64,000 bases of DNA from a virus (Duplodnaviria > Caudoviricetes), in IMG/VR virus record IMGVR_UViG_3300027286_000002, one strand, 5' to 3'. A program made the translations under genes and the position numbers. Position 1 is the first letter of the stretch. Each line of letters begins with the position of its first letter. Below the pieces are notes generated by a model. It was not told the origin of the DNA. It saw only the letters and a program-made list of their open reading frames with translations, and made no database searches. Positions 47,625 through 56,751 of the stretch are shown here, in pieces.

Positions 47625-48005
47625 TTAAATTTTCTCAATCTCATTCGTAATAGATAACTTGTCTGTACGATCCATCATAAACCATTCCACACTCACAGGT
47701 TCAAATTGTGCAAACTTTGCAAACACTGTTTCTTTGTCAAATTCCTTGCATGAATATACATCCAATTGAATTAAGCCGGGCACTGCTTCATCCCACACAT
47801 GAATCGCAATATGTGATGTTTCAATAATAGTCACTGCTGTTAAACCTCTATTGCCTGCCTTGTCAAGATACACAGCATGGGGTCCACTTAAAATCTTCAT
47901 GTCAATCGCTTGGATCAAATCCTTTAACCATGATTCAATCACATCTGTTGCCATAGGTGGCTTATTTACATAAGCACGGATTACAATATGTTGGTGTTGT
48001 AGCAT
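47625..48005 (-). CDS. speD: Pyruvoyl-dependent S-adenosylmethionine decarboxylase-like proenzyme
   Basis: GLTAVTIIETSHIAIHVWDE...LDVYSC matches the class 1b SpeD/SpeH autocleavage signature (x-SH-I-x-I-H-x-W). Confidence 0.85.
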   Translation of the reverse strand: MLQHQHIVIRAYVNKPPMATDVIESWLKDLIQAIDMKILSGPHAVYLDKAGNRGLTAVTIIETSHIAIHVWDEAVPGLIQLDVYSCKEFDKETVFAKFAQFEPVSVEWFMMDRTDKLSITNEIEKI

Positions 48006-48076
48006 TTTACTACGACCTTTCTTTTTCTATTAAAAAAAATGAGTTTTTGCTTTATACAAATTTCTTTTAATCATTA

Positions 48077-48511
48077 TTAAAATTCTAACATCCGAACCAC
48101 TATATATCCCATTCGCCATGCTTGTATTAAATTCCTCTTTACCATACTCACATCACCATCTACACTAAAACACTCAGGACAATCCTTATTCCTAAAATCA
48201 CATTTTACTGTATATGATGGACATCCTTTCTTATCTGCACATACACTATTCTTTATCGGTATTAACTTTAAACATCCTTTCGGATCTCTTAATCCCTGCG
48301 ACTGCATTAATGTTTTCGCATCACCTCTTAATGCTCTGTCTATCACTTCCTCTGATATGACAGGCAATAATCTTTCCCATTCACTATCTTTTAATTCTAT
48401 ATACTCACCCCAATTGTCTACATTCTCTTTTGGTATTATTCTAGCTACCTTTGGATTACCATATCTCTCATCTGTTATCACACAAAAGATCATTCCATTT
48501 TCTCTATACAT
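48077..48511 (-). CDS. Cys-rich hypothetical protein
   Basis: C-x5-C-x6-C-x6-CxxC cluster (CADKKGCPSYTVKCDFRNKDCPEC). Confidence 0.6.
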   Translation of the reverse strand: MYRENGMIFCVITDERYGNPKVARIIPKENVDNWGEYIELKDSEWERLLPVISEEVIDRALRGDAKTLMQSQGLRDPKGCLKLIPIKNSVCADKKGCPSYTVKCDFRNKDCPECFSVDGDVSMVKRNLIQAWRMGYIVVRMLEF

Positions 48512-48513
48512 TT

Positions 48514-48882
48514 TTAATTATATCCTTTTTTCTTATCTTCTATTGCCTTTACTGACTGCTCTACCATGTCTTGATCAAATATATCATGATCTGTGATCTG
48601 CTCTAATACCTTTTTACTTGCACATAAAATATAAGATAAGATTTTGGTTTGACCTTCTTCATTATTCACTATTAACTTATGATGTGGCAAAACATGAAAT
48701 ATATTTAAAAGCTGTCCTATCTTAATCCATACATTTAATAATTCCTGTTCACCTTCAAAATCATTTTGTCCAAAGTAATATGTCTGTGCTAACTGTGATA
48801 TTAAAAACTCAAATCCTTCTTGATTAAATACATCACTCGGTAGTAGTTCTTTATCTTCTTCATTGTTGTCTGTCATTTTCAA
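48514..48882 (-). CDS. Hypothetical protein
   Basis: 122-aa ORF in the replication operon. Confidence 0.6.
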   Translation of the reverse strand: MKMTDNNEEDKELLPSDVFNQEGFEFLISQLAQTYYFGQNDFEGEQELLNVWIKIGQLLNIFHVLPHHKLIVNNEEGQTKILSYILCASKKVLEQITDHDIFDQDMVEQSVKAIEDKKKGYN

Positions 48883-49384
48883 GTTTCCTGTATATCTTTA
48901 TCCATAGTTCAGGTTCTGTCTTTTTGGCAAACAATAAAAAATCTACTGCTTCCCATAACTTTAAACATTCCTTTAAAGATAATACTTTTTCTTTTGTAAT
49001 CCTTGACAACTTATTTATTGTTTTCGCCTGCCAATCAATTTCACTATCTTCTATATCCACATCTTTAAACACATCAGGTTTCTCATATTCCTGCCATTCG
49101 CTTAAACCATATTTCTTTTCTATCATCCTGCAAGCTACATTAAATTCCACACCTTCTTTTTCCATTACTGTTGATACTACATCTCTTACCTTGCCACAAG
49201 CAAAGCAATACCATGTCTTTGTATTATGGTAATATCTTGCACTAGGTTTTGTATCTACACCACTACCATGTAAATCACATGAAAATTGTTGATCAGATCC
49301 ATTCGTTCTTACATTATATCCATAAGCACCTAACACTTGATCTAAAGGTACTTGGTTTTTAATACGATCTGATCTTTTACTCAT
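48860..49384 (-). CDS. Stand-alone CHC2 zinc-finger (primase Zn-binding domain) protein
   Basis: IKNQVPLDQVL...SCDLH...KPSARYY...WYCFACG...DVV..VMEKEGVEF..A is the DnaG CHC2 pattern. Confidence 0.85.
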   Translation of the reverse strand: MSKRSDRIKNQVPLDQVLGAYGYNVRTNGSDQQFSCDLHGSGVDTKPSARYYHNTKTWYCFACGKVRDVVSTVMEKEGVEFNVACRMIEKKYGLSEWQEYEKPDVFKDVDIEDSEIDWQAKTINKLSRITKEKVLSLKECLKLWEAVDFLLFAKKTEPELWIKIYRKLENDRQQ

Positions 49385-49388
49385 TTTT

Positions 49389-50897
49389 CTATATCACATC
49401 TGTTAATGGATCTGCTTTTGCATTACCTGTTAATGGCAATAATGACAAATTATCACTGTTTGTGATTTTACCTGCAGGAAACAAAATGTTTGCATTAAAT
49501 GTAGGAAAGCCTGCTTGATCTCTACTCTTTAAACATTGATACTTAATTTGTTTCTGTTCTCTCACATCATTACCAAACCAATTTGCTATCACTATATCTG
49601 CTGATCGTTCTGCTTCATTTGCATAAGACAAGTGTGTTAATTGATACTCACCATTCTTTTTAAGAGCATCATTATAGCCATCACGACTAATCTGAAATAA
49701 ACATAACACAGGAATACCTTGACCACGATTAAAATTCATTGCCATTCTCTTTAAATCTCTAATGACTTCATTTAATCTTTCTGTGGTTGATCCATATTTA
49801 GTTCTACTTGCTAGTAACAAAGCATGGTCTACTACGATCAAATCTATCTTTTCTTTTTGACTTAATAACTCTGCTTTTGCTCTTAAATCTTCTACTGTGA
49901 AATCAAAGCTATCAGGATTATCTCCTTCTATATGAATTGCTCCATATTCACCATTTTCTCTACATTTCTTTAAATCAGGTACTACATAATTAAAAAAGAA
50001 ATCTTTCTCTTCTGCTGTTAGCTTGCCACCACGAACTTTAGATGGATCAATCCCTTCATATAATTCTACATTAGGTTTCTGTAATCCTAATGCTAAACGA
50101 ATATTCTTAAATTTAGAATGACAAGAATGAATACAATAAATTGATCTTCTTACTTGTGGATAGTGCATTTCTAATGAGAAATATAAAGTATTGGTCTTAT
50201 CCCAAGTAGCTTGTGAATATGCCCAATTTAATGCTGTCTTTGATTTAGCATGACCTGTAAAGCCAGCTAAAATATATAACTCTTTTTTTCTAAATCCACC
50301 TATCGCATCATCTATAATCTTAATACCTGTTGTAGGAATGACTTCTCTACCTGCCTCTTCTGCTTTTTGATATTCTTCTGCAAGGTCTTCTACATCTGTT
50401 AATACTTCACCACCTAGCTTTGATCCAAATGTAGGTGTCATCACTTCTACTAACTTATTAGATAAGAAACGACCTGCATCTCTTGCTCCTTTAAGAATAG
50501 TTTTATGGTTGCCTTTTTCTTTGACTTCTAAACCACTTTTAATAATTGTCTTAACATCTGTAATGGTATTTGACAATTTAATGATACGAGCCTCTTCTAC
50601 AAGGTTTTCAATTTCACTTAGGAAATTACCTTTATAGATAGGTGTAATAGATGCTAATGCACGAACACGATCTGAACATTCAAATTCATTTTGTGTTTCA
50701 AAGTGTTGTGTAATAGTAGCATGATCAGGTAAATGTCCGTGATTTGACATAAAACCTTTTACATAAGACCAAATCGCATTATCTTCTTTTGTTTCAAAGT
50801 TAAAAATGCTTTCTCTTAATGCCATGTAATTCATCTGCATTTGATTAATATCATCACCTAATCTTTGATCAGGCAATATACTTCTTAAAATCTTCAT
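49389..50897 (-). CDS. dnaB: DnaB-like replicative helicase
   Basis: Walker A variant ILAGFTGHAKS, YFSLEM, Walker B IVVDH, CLFQISR and EAERSADIVI. Confidence 0.85.
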   Translation of the reverse strand: MKILRSILPDQRLGDDINQMQMNYMALRESIFNFETKEDNAIWSYVKGFMSNHGHLPDHATITQHFETQNEFECSDRVRALASITPIYKGNFLSEIENLVEEARIIKLSNTITDVKTIIKSGLEVKEKGNHKTILKGARDAGRFLSNKLVEVMTPTFGSKLGGEVLTDVEDLAEEYQKAEEAGREVIPTTGIKIIDDAIGGFRKKELYILAGFTGHAKSKTALNWAYSQATWDKTNTLYFSLEMHYPQVRRSIYCIHSCHSKFKNIRLALGLQKPNVELYEGIDPSKVRGGKLTAEEKDFFFNYVVPDLKKCRENGEYGAIHIEGDNPDSFDFTVEDLRAKAELLSQKEKIDLIVVDHALLLASRTKYGSTTERLNEVIRDLKRMAMNFNRGQGIPVLCLFQISRDGYNDALKKNGEYQLTHLSYANEAERSADIVIANWFGNDVREQKQIKYQCLKSRDQAGFPTFNANILFPAGKITNSDNLSLLPLTGNAKADPLTDVI

Positions 50898-50910
50898 GTT
50901 TTCTTATCTC

Positions 50911-51591
50911 TTAAATTTTAAGTGTTGGTACTTTTTTGTTTTCAACTTCTTGTTGCTCTACAAGTCTTATATTATTCCATCCTAATAATACATCTTCTAC
51001 ACCTCTTGACCATGCAATATGTCCTTCACATAATGGTCTGTTTGGATCAACTACAATCCAAGTAGGTTTATTAAGATGTTGTCTTAATTCTATTGTTTCT
51101 ATTAAGACTTCAGGCATAGCTGAATTTCTTGCCATCTTAACACCTAATCTCACTATTAAAAGACTTGGTGCTTCAGCCATATCTTCTAAACCACGAACTG
51201 TAATTTCTCTAGTGAAATCAGGATCAATAATATCACTTTGTGCTAATGAGATATTAGAAAGCCATGCACTCATTAAATTTGCATCAGATACAACTTTAAT
51301 AAAAAAGCTAGGATTCTTTTCTAAAAAGATTGCTCCTTTCAGATGAGAACATAATTCTGTTTTCTCTGCATGAACAATAATGTTTTCTTTTAGTTTACCT
51401 TTTAAAGGTGTAGCTTTTTTCGCTGGAAATTGACTTAAACCTGTCCAAGCTCTTTCACATTGATTTTTCAAATGTTCTTTTAATACACATGAACATTGAG
51501 CCATGATAGGTTCATTTCTATAATATTGACCACTAGGTACTAAACCTATGCCACCACATTTTTCACAAACTTTAGCCATTGTCTTTTGCAT
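50911..51591 (-). CDS. Putative helicase loader (DnaC/DnaI-like, Zn finger plus degenerate AAA domain)
   Basis: CEKCGGIG...QCSC Zn finger; LLIVRLG...LIETIELR...KPTWI resembles DnaC; adjacent to the helicase; no intact Walker A. An alternative ATG lies at 51579. Confidence 0.5.
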   Translation of the reverse strand: MQKTMAKVCEKCGGIGLVPSGQYYRNEPIMAQCSCVLKEHLKNQCERAWTGLSQFPAKKATPLKGKLKENIIVHAEKTELCSHLKGAIFLEKNPSFFIKVVSDANLMSAWLSNISLAQSDIIDPDFTREITVRGLEDMAEAPSLLIVRLGVKMARNSAMPEVLIETIELRQHLNKPTWIVVDPNRPLCEGHIAWSRGVEDVLLGWNNIRLVEQQEVENKKVPTLKI

Positions 51592-53170
51592 CCTCTAGTA
51601 AGCCATTGAAAATATCTTTGAGTTCTGTATCAGATACTCCTTCTATCTTATCTGATTCTTCATCGTTTTTCAGTCTTTTACCTAAAACATTTTCAATTAA
51701 ATCCATTTTACTTGCTAAGGCTTTCATTACACGATCATCAATAGTCTTTGGACAAACTAAATGATAACAAAATACACGATCATGAATACTACCGATACGA
51801 ATCATTCTACCAATGATTTGAAGATAATCACCTGCACTCCATGGGGAGTCATAAAAGATAACTGCTTTAGCTAACTGTAAATTAATACCTTCTGCCGCCG
51901 CCATTGTAATCAAGACGACCTTTACATCAGAATTTTCATCTTGAAATGCCTCTTGTGATTTCTTTCTCTCATCATCCTTTTCACCACCTGTAATTCTTAC
52001 ACTCTTAATTTTCTTTGCTGTTAGTTCTCTTTCCAAAACATCTATCATCTTCCTAAACCTTGAAAAGATAATTACCTTTTCTCCATCTAGTTCATCTTCT
52101 AGTAACTCAAATAAAGCATCCATTTTGCCACTATCACCTGTCGCATCTACAAGTTCTAAATGGTTTACAATCTGTTGACAATACATAACTGCTGTGAGTT
52201 TTGTTACTTCCTTTTGTTTGATCTCACCTGATTCAGCATCATATTTTTCTAATAGACCACTTAATGCTTCTTTATATTTTGATCTTTGTTGATCAGATAA
52301 TTCACATTCAATTCTCTTAGTAGTCAATGGTGGCAATTCACTCGCTACTTCATGTTTTGGTCTACCTACAAAGAAAGGATCAATCTTTTCTTTAAATGCT
52401 TCAATATCAGATTTCCTATGACCTACTACAAACTTAATTCTCTTTCTACCTATTTGCTTATCTACACATACACAGTAATTAGACATGAATACATTCTTGC
52501 TAGGCATAAGTCCGGGGACAGTTACTTTATAGATTGCCCATGCTTCCATAAGTCTATTTTTAATAATAGTAGCTGATAAAGACCATACCTTTTCTGCACT
52601 ACCAGATAAATGAGAACAAACTTGATGGATTTGAGAAGTATCGTTTTTAAAAGCAGTTGCCTCGTCAAAGACCATAACATTACCTGTGATAGGTTGAATA
52701 ATATCAAAATCAATCACACCTGTTCTATAACCTAAAATAAGAACTTTAGTAGTAGTACAGGCAAAGTAAGCATCATAAACCTTTTGTCTTTTCTTTTTAT
52801 CTCCACTGACAACAAAACAAGAGATACTACCATTGGTAAATTTCTCAAATTCACTTGCCCATTGGTTTAGAGCAGATTTAGTAGTCATAATGACAGCAGG
52901 CATATCAGGTCTTTTTTCCCATACATAGCATAGAGATGCTATGGTTTGAATCGTTTTACCTAACCCCGTGTCATCGCCAAGTACAAATCGTGGCATTGCA
53001 AGTAAATGCAGAATGCCTTGTAATTGATAGTTTCTTAATGTTAAAGGTTTGCCATTTGCCAAATGAGTTCTCAAGAATGAGTTTGCAGGCATTTTGATTT
53101 CTTGTTTAACACGAACTTCTCTTAATTTTTCAATAGTAGCAAGTAGCTTTGGATCTTTTAAATAATTCAT
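51572..53170 (-). CDS. SNF2-family helicase
   Basis: LRNYQ, LGDDTGLGKT, VFDEA, LSAT, AAAEGINLQ and QIIGRMIRIG; start revised to ATG 53170. Confidence 0.9.
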   Translation of the reverse strand: MNYLKDPKLLATIEKLREVRVKQEIKMPANSFLRTHLANGKPLTLRNYQLQGILHLLAMPRFVLGDDTGLGKTIQTIASLCYVWEKRPDMPAVIMTTKSALNQWASEFEKFTNGSISCFVVSGDKKKRQKVYDAYFACTTTKVLILGYRTGVIDFDIIQPITGNVMVFDEATAFKNDTSQIHQVCSHLSGSAEKVWSLSATIIKNRLMEAWAIYKVTVPGLMPSKNVFMSNYCVCVDKQIGRKRIKFVVGHRKSDIEAFKEKIDPFFVGRPKHEVASELPPLTTKRIECELSDQQRSKYKEALSGLLEKYDAESGEIKQKEVTKLTAVMYCQQIVNHLELVDATGDSGKMDALFELLEDELDGEKVIIFSRFRKMIDVLERELTAKKIKSVRITGGEKDDERKKSQEAFQDENSDVKVVLITMAAAEGINLQLAKAVIFYDSPWSAGDYLQIIGRMIRIGSIHDRVFCYHLVCPKTIDDRVMKALASKMDLIENVLGKRLKNDEESDKIEGVSDTELKDIFNGLLEDAKDNG

Positions 53171-53242
53171 TTTTAAGTAGTCATCTTTCAAAGTGATAAT
53201 GAATGATCTACTTATAAGATATTTATCTATGCTTTACATCTA

Positions 53243-53689
53243 TTAAAGCACTTGTTTTTTTACAACACCTGTCATTGGTTTCCAAGTCAAAATAATATTA
53301 AACAGGATAGCATATTCAGTAGCTAGTGGTCTATTAGAATGTAAAAGTTTAAATGTTTGTTCTTGAATATAATCTGACTTGATATTAATTTGTTTTTGTT
53401 TTTCTTTAAGCCATGTTTTTTGAATCCATTTAATAATTTTACGAACAGCTGTGATTGCTCTTAAATAGATATCACCTGTATAGACAGGTTTTCTCTTAAT
53501 AGTACCATATTTAAGTTTAGCTATTCTAGTTAGCATAATATATGCTTGTGTTTGCTCGGATTTACCAACCTTTCTTTTAATAAAGAAGTACCAAGCAACA
53601 TTTGCTGAATCGGCATCACGACCAAAAAACTCTAAAATAAACTTAAACAGTTCATCTGTTTCAACATCTGTAAATTTAAAAATATCCAT
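53243..53689 (-). CDS. Hypothetical basic protein
   Basis: 148-aa ORF coupled to 53691..54155. Confidence 0.55.
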   Translation of the reverse strand: MDIFKFTDVETDELFKFILEFFGRDADSANVAWYFFIKRKVGKSEQTQAYIMLTRIAKLKYGTIKRKPVYTGDIYLRAITAVRKIIKWIQKTWLKEKQKQINIKSDYIQEQTFKLLHSNRPLATEYAILFNIILTWKPMTGVVKKQVL

Positions 53690-53690
53690 T

Positions 53691-54155
53691 TTAACCTACC
53701 ATCCTTAGTCCAAGTTTGTTAATAAGTCTAATGTATAAATTCTTTACTTCGATTGCGACTTCTTTGCTTTTTGGATGATCTGCTTGATCTAAAGCACCTT
53801 CCCAATCACCTGCTAATAAAAGTTGAATGACTACATCACCATTCATTGGTTCATGAATCATGATCTTATTTCTTCTTTTTTCATTTAGAATTGTAGCAAT
53901 AATTCTATCTCTTGCTTGTTTTACTCTTGCACTATGCTTTTGAATATTGCCTATCAATATTCTACAGGTTTCATTTGATGCCATCTTAATAGCTGTATCA
54001 TAATCATTTGCCATTAAGACATCTACAATCTTTGGATCATCAAACTTTTCAATCGTAGCATATATATCTAATAAGGTTGCTATATTGTCTTCAGCATTTC
54101 TTGTAGGTAAAGAATGTGTTGAATATCCACCATAGGCTTTTTCTGATCTGTTCAT
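53691..54155 (-). CDS. Hypothetical protein
   Basis: 154-aa ORF with AAGGAG SD. Confidence 0.6.
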   Translation of the reverse strand: MNRSEKAYGGYSTHSLPTRNAEDNIATLLDIYATIEKFDDPKIVDVLMANDYDTAIKMASNETCRILIGNIQKHSARVKQARDRIIATILNEKRRNKIMIHEPMNGDVVIQLLLAGDWEGALDQADHPKSKEVAIEVKNLYIRLINKLGLRMVG

Positions 54156-54251
54156 TTTAAAACTCCTTTATGCAAAAGTAGTTTTCAATAAATATTTTAT
54201 TATTTTCTTAAGTATTAAATACTCTAATTTCAGAAAAAAGGATAGATCACC

Positions 54252-55025
54252 ATGTCTAAGAATCCAGATCAAAATCCACAAAATGTGGGTGGCTTTGATA
54301 TGCAAGGTACTAGCGAACTTTACAAATTTAATACATCACCAAATACTCGTGTTGCTCTTTCTCAAAAGGTAAGAATCCTAGCACCTACTTATGGTAAAAC
54401 AGGACAAACTGCTTTAAAGAAATATCAGTTAGGTGTTGTAGAAACTTTTTCTTATGAAGGTAATAGTAGATCTACAGAAGCTAGAAGAGGTATTGGTTTT
54501 GGTGATCAGATTGCAGAACTTGTACCCGGGCTCACTGATCCACCAACCATTTCTTTCACTCGTGCTTTATTTTATTTATCTAATGCTTTCCAAACGATTG
54601 GTTTTGCAGGTGGTGTAGACGGACCCGTAAGAAGTGTTAAGCATACTCGCTGGCCCTTTGATGTTGAAGAACAACTTGTGTTTAGTGATATTGCAGATAA
54701 TGAATCAGATGGTACAGATGGCAATACATATACTCAAGGTATTGTTAATGTAGATTACTCTGCTCAAAATGTTACTGAACCTGATGTCTCAGCATTTAGA
54801 TATTCTAAAAAAGTACACAAAGCTATTTTAACTTATTTTGAAACCTGTTGGTTGCACTCTATTGATCACTCTGTTGATATTAGTTCTGCACATATTATGG
54901 AAAATGTTGCTTGTGGTGTTACAGATGTACACGATGGTCTTTCTACTTATGGTGAGTTCTTATCTACAGGTAATAATCCTTATCTTGGTCAAGTTGCATC
55001 TAAACGATTCCCTGCATCTCGTTGA
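54252..55025 (+). CDS. Tail tube protein
   Basis: First gene of the tube-chaperone-tape measure block; LGVVETF...RRGIGFGDQIAELVPG...TISFTR...WPFD...YFETCW is tube-like. Confidence 0.7.
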   Translation: MSKNPDQNPQNVGGFDMQGTSELYKFNTSPNTRVALSQKVRILAPTYGKTGQTALKKYQLGVVETFSYEGNSRSTEARRGIGFGDQIAELVPGLTDPPTISFTRALFYLSNAFQTIGFAGGVDGPVRSVKHTRWPFDVEEQLVFSDIADNESDGTDGNTYTQGIVNVDYSAQNVTEPDVSAFRYSKKVHKAILTYFETCWLHSIDHSVDISSAHIMENVACGVTDVHDGLSTYGEFLSTGNNPYLGQVASKRFPASR

Positions 55026-55075
55026 TAATTTTATTGTATGATATAGATGACGATCTATAAAGGGAGAATATAAAT

Positions 55076-55681
55076 ATGTTTTTAAATGAAATCGCATCTG
55101 CATTTGATGATCTTATTAAAATTGGTAATCTCGAAAGACAAGTTACTATTGGCAATATTTCTTTAGTGCTTAAAACACTCACACCAGCTGATGAAATTGA
55201 AATCCAAAAAGTCATTAGTGCTTTTAGAAATGATGATACACTCGCAGTTGAGTTTATTGATGTGTTTAGAAAAGAAACTCTTTCAAGAGCAATCATTGAA
55301 GTGAATGGTAAAAATCTAAGAAATCTCACAGTCATTGAAACTGAAGAAAATTTAGATAATGGTGTTTCCATTAAGATCACCAAACAAGAAGCTATTATGA
55401 AAATGCTTGATAAATTACCTAAAGGTATTCTTGCACACCTGTTTAATGAAATGACTGCTTTAACAGAGCAATCTGAAAAACAAGTGGAAAGTTTATTGCA
55501 GGTTAAAGAAAAAGATAATCTTGTTGAGGCAGATTTATTAGAAAATAGAGCAAATACTTTAAGACAACAAGAAATTCAGAAAAAGAATGAAGAAAAGACC
55601 AAGCAAAGTTTGGCAACTTTAAATAATATTAAGCAACCAAATTTTAGTGATGCTTTAAAGGAAATCGGATCTGTTGAATAA
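55076..55681 (+). CDS. Tail assembly chaperone
   Basis: Lies between tube and tape measure; LVLKTLTPADEIEI...LSRAIIEVNG resembles T4 gp26-type chaperone/hub-assembly proteins. Confidence 0.55.
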   Translation: MFLNEIASAFDDLIKIGNLERQVTIGNISLVLKTLTPADEIEIQKVISAFRNDDTLAVEFIDVFRKETLSRAIIEVNGKNLRNLTVIETEENLDNGVSIKITKQEAIMKMLDKLPKGILAHLFNEMTALTEQSEKQVESLLQVKEKDNLVEADLLENRANTLRQQEIQKKNEEKTKQSLATLNNIKQPNFSDALKEIGSVE

Positions 55682-55683
55682 AA

Positions 55684-56742
55684 ATGATAGATCATTATCA
55701 AGATTTAAGACAAGTCATTGAATATGGCTTTCTTTCTTTTAAAATACTTATCAATCACAGATATATTACTTTCAGATCACCATCTCTTAAAGATTTTGAA
55801 TTGATGGAATCTTATTCTTTAAGATCTGTAAGAGATATTATTCTTATCGCAAGGTGTATCTATTCTATTGGTTATGTCAAAATCAATCAAGACAGAGATT
55901 TCTATCAAATGATAGAATTTTGTAAAACCATTCCTATGTCATGTTTTAATAAGATTGTGCTTTATATATATGCAATCACTAATCGTTTAAGAAATGCAGG
56001 TATTTTACTTGAAGGATTTTGCTATGAAACTGAATCAAGACAGCTTTGGAAAACTTGGATGTCTAAAAATAGATTTCAAAAAGAAGTATCTGATGGTGCT
56101 TTTGATACTTTGCAACTCGCTTGGATTATATGGAATGAAAGTGAAGATTTAAAAGCTATAGAAGATTCACATTGGCAAAGGTCATTATTTGTAGCTAGTG
56201 CTATGGCATCAGGTGTAGATAAAATTAAAGCCAAATGGAAAAATCAAGAAGAATTGGAAAACAAGAGAAGAGAAGAAGTAAAGAAATATGCTCGCATGGG
56301 AAAACCTATGCCTAAAGATGCTAAAGGAGCTGTCCTAGATCAAAATGAAAAATTGATTGAAGAAATGAGAAGGTGGTTAGCTGGTGAAGAAGATGAACAT
56401 GATAAAGTGATTAGAGAACATAAAGAATTTATGAAAGAGCAAATCACTAAAGCTAAAACCTATGCAGAAGAACAAAGACAAATTGCTATTGAGAAAAAGG
56501 AAGAAATACAAGCTATACCATTGGTTGGTTATTCCTTAGATGATATAAAACAAAAGACAGGTGGAATAACACAATCAACAACAATAGGTGTGCATTTAAG
56601 TAAAGACAATGAAAAAGTATTAAATAAAATTATGGCAGATGCTCTTGTACCTGAGCCTTTAAATCCTGAACAAGATTCAATTTTCAATCAATCAAAAACA
56701 TCATTAATGGATAAAATTACACAAAGGCAACCAAAGATATAG
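55684..56742 (+). CDS. Second tail assembly chaperone-like protein
   Basis: Assigned by position immediately before the tape measure gene. Confidence 0.45.
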   Translation: MIDHYQDLRQVIEYGFLSFKILINHRYITFRSPSLKDFELMESYSLRSVRDIILIARCIYSIGYVKINQDRDFYQMIEFCKTIPMSCFNKIVLYIYAITNRLRNAGILLEGFCYETESRQLWKTWMSKNRFQKEVSDGAFDTLQLAWIIWNESEDLKAIEDSHWQRSLFVASAMASGVDKIKAKWKNQEELENKRREEVKKYARMGKPMPKDAKGAVLDQNEKLIEEMRRWLAGEEDEHDKVIREHKEFMKEQITKAKTYAEEQRQIAIEKKEEIQAIPLVGYSLDDIKQKTGGITQSTTIGVHLSKDNEKVLNKIMADALVPEPLNPEQDSIFNQSKTSLMDKITQRQPKI

Positions 56743-56751
56743 GTAAAGAAC

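Noticed and set aside
41709-50897. Inteins or introns in the helicases or ligase
   Set aside because: I saw no C/S...HN-C/S/T splice junctions or LAGLIDADG motifs, and catalytic motif spacing looks normal.
55654-55686. T-TTA-AAG slippery heptamer near the end of the first tail chaperone, with the next gene in the -1 frame (lambda G/GT-style frameshift)
   Set aside because: The -1 frame hits TGA at 55675-55677, before the ATG at 55684, so a shift here would terminate rather than fuse the genes.
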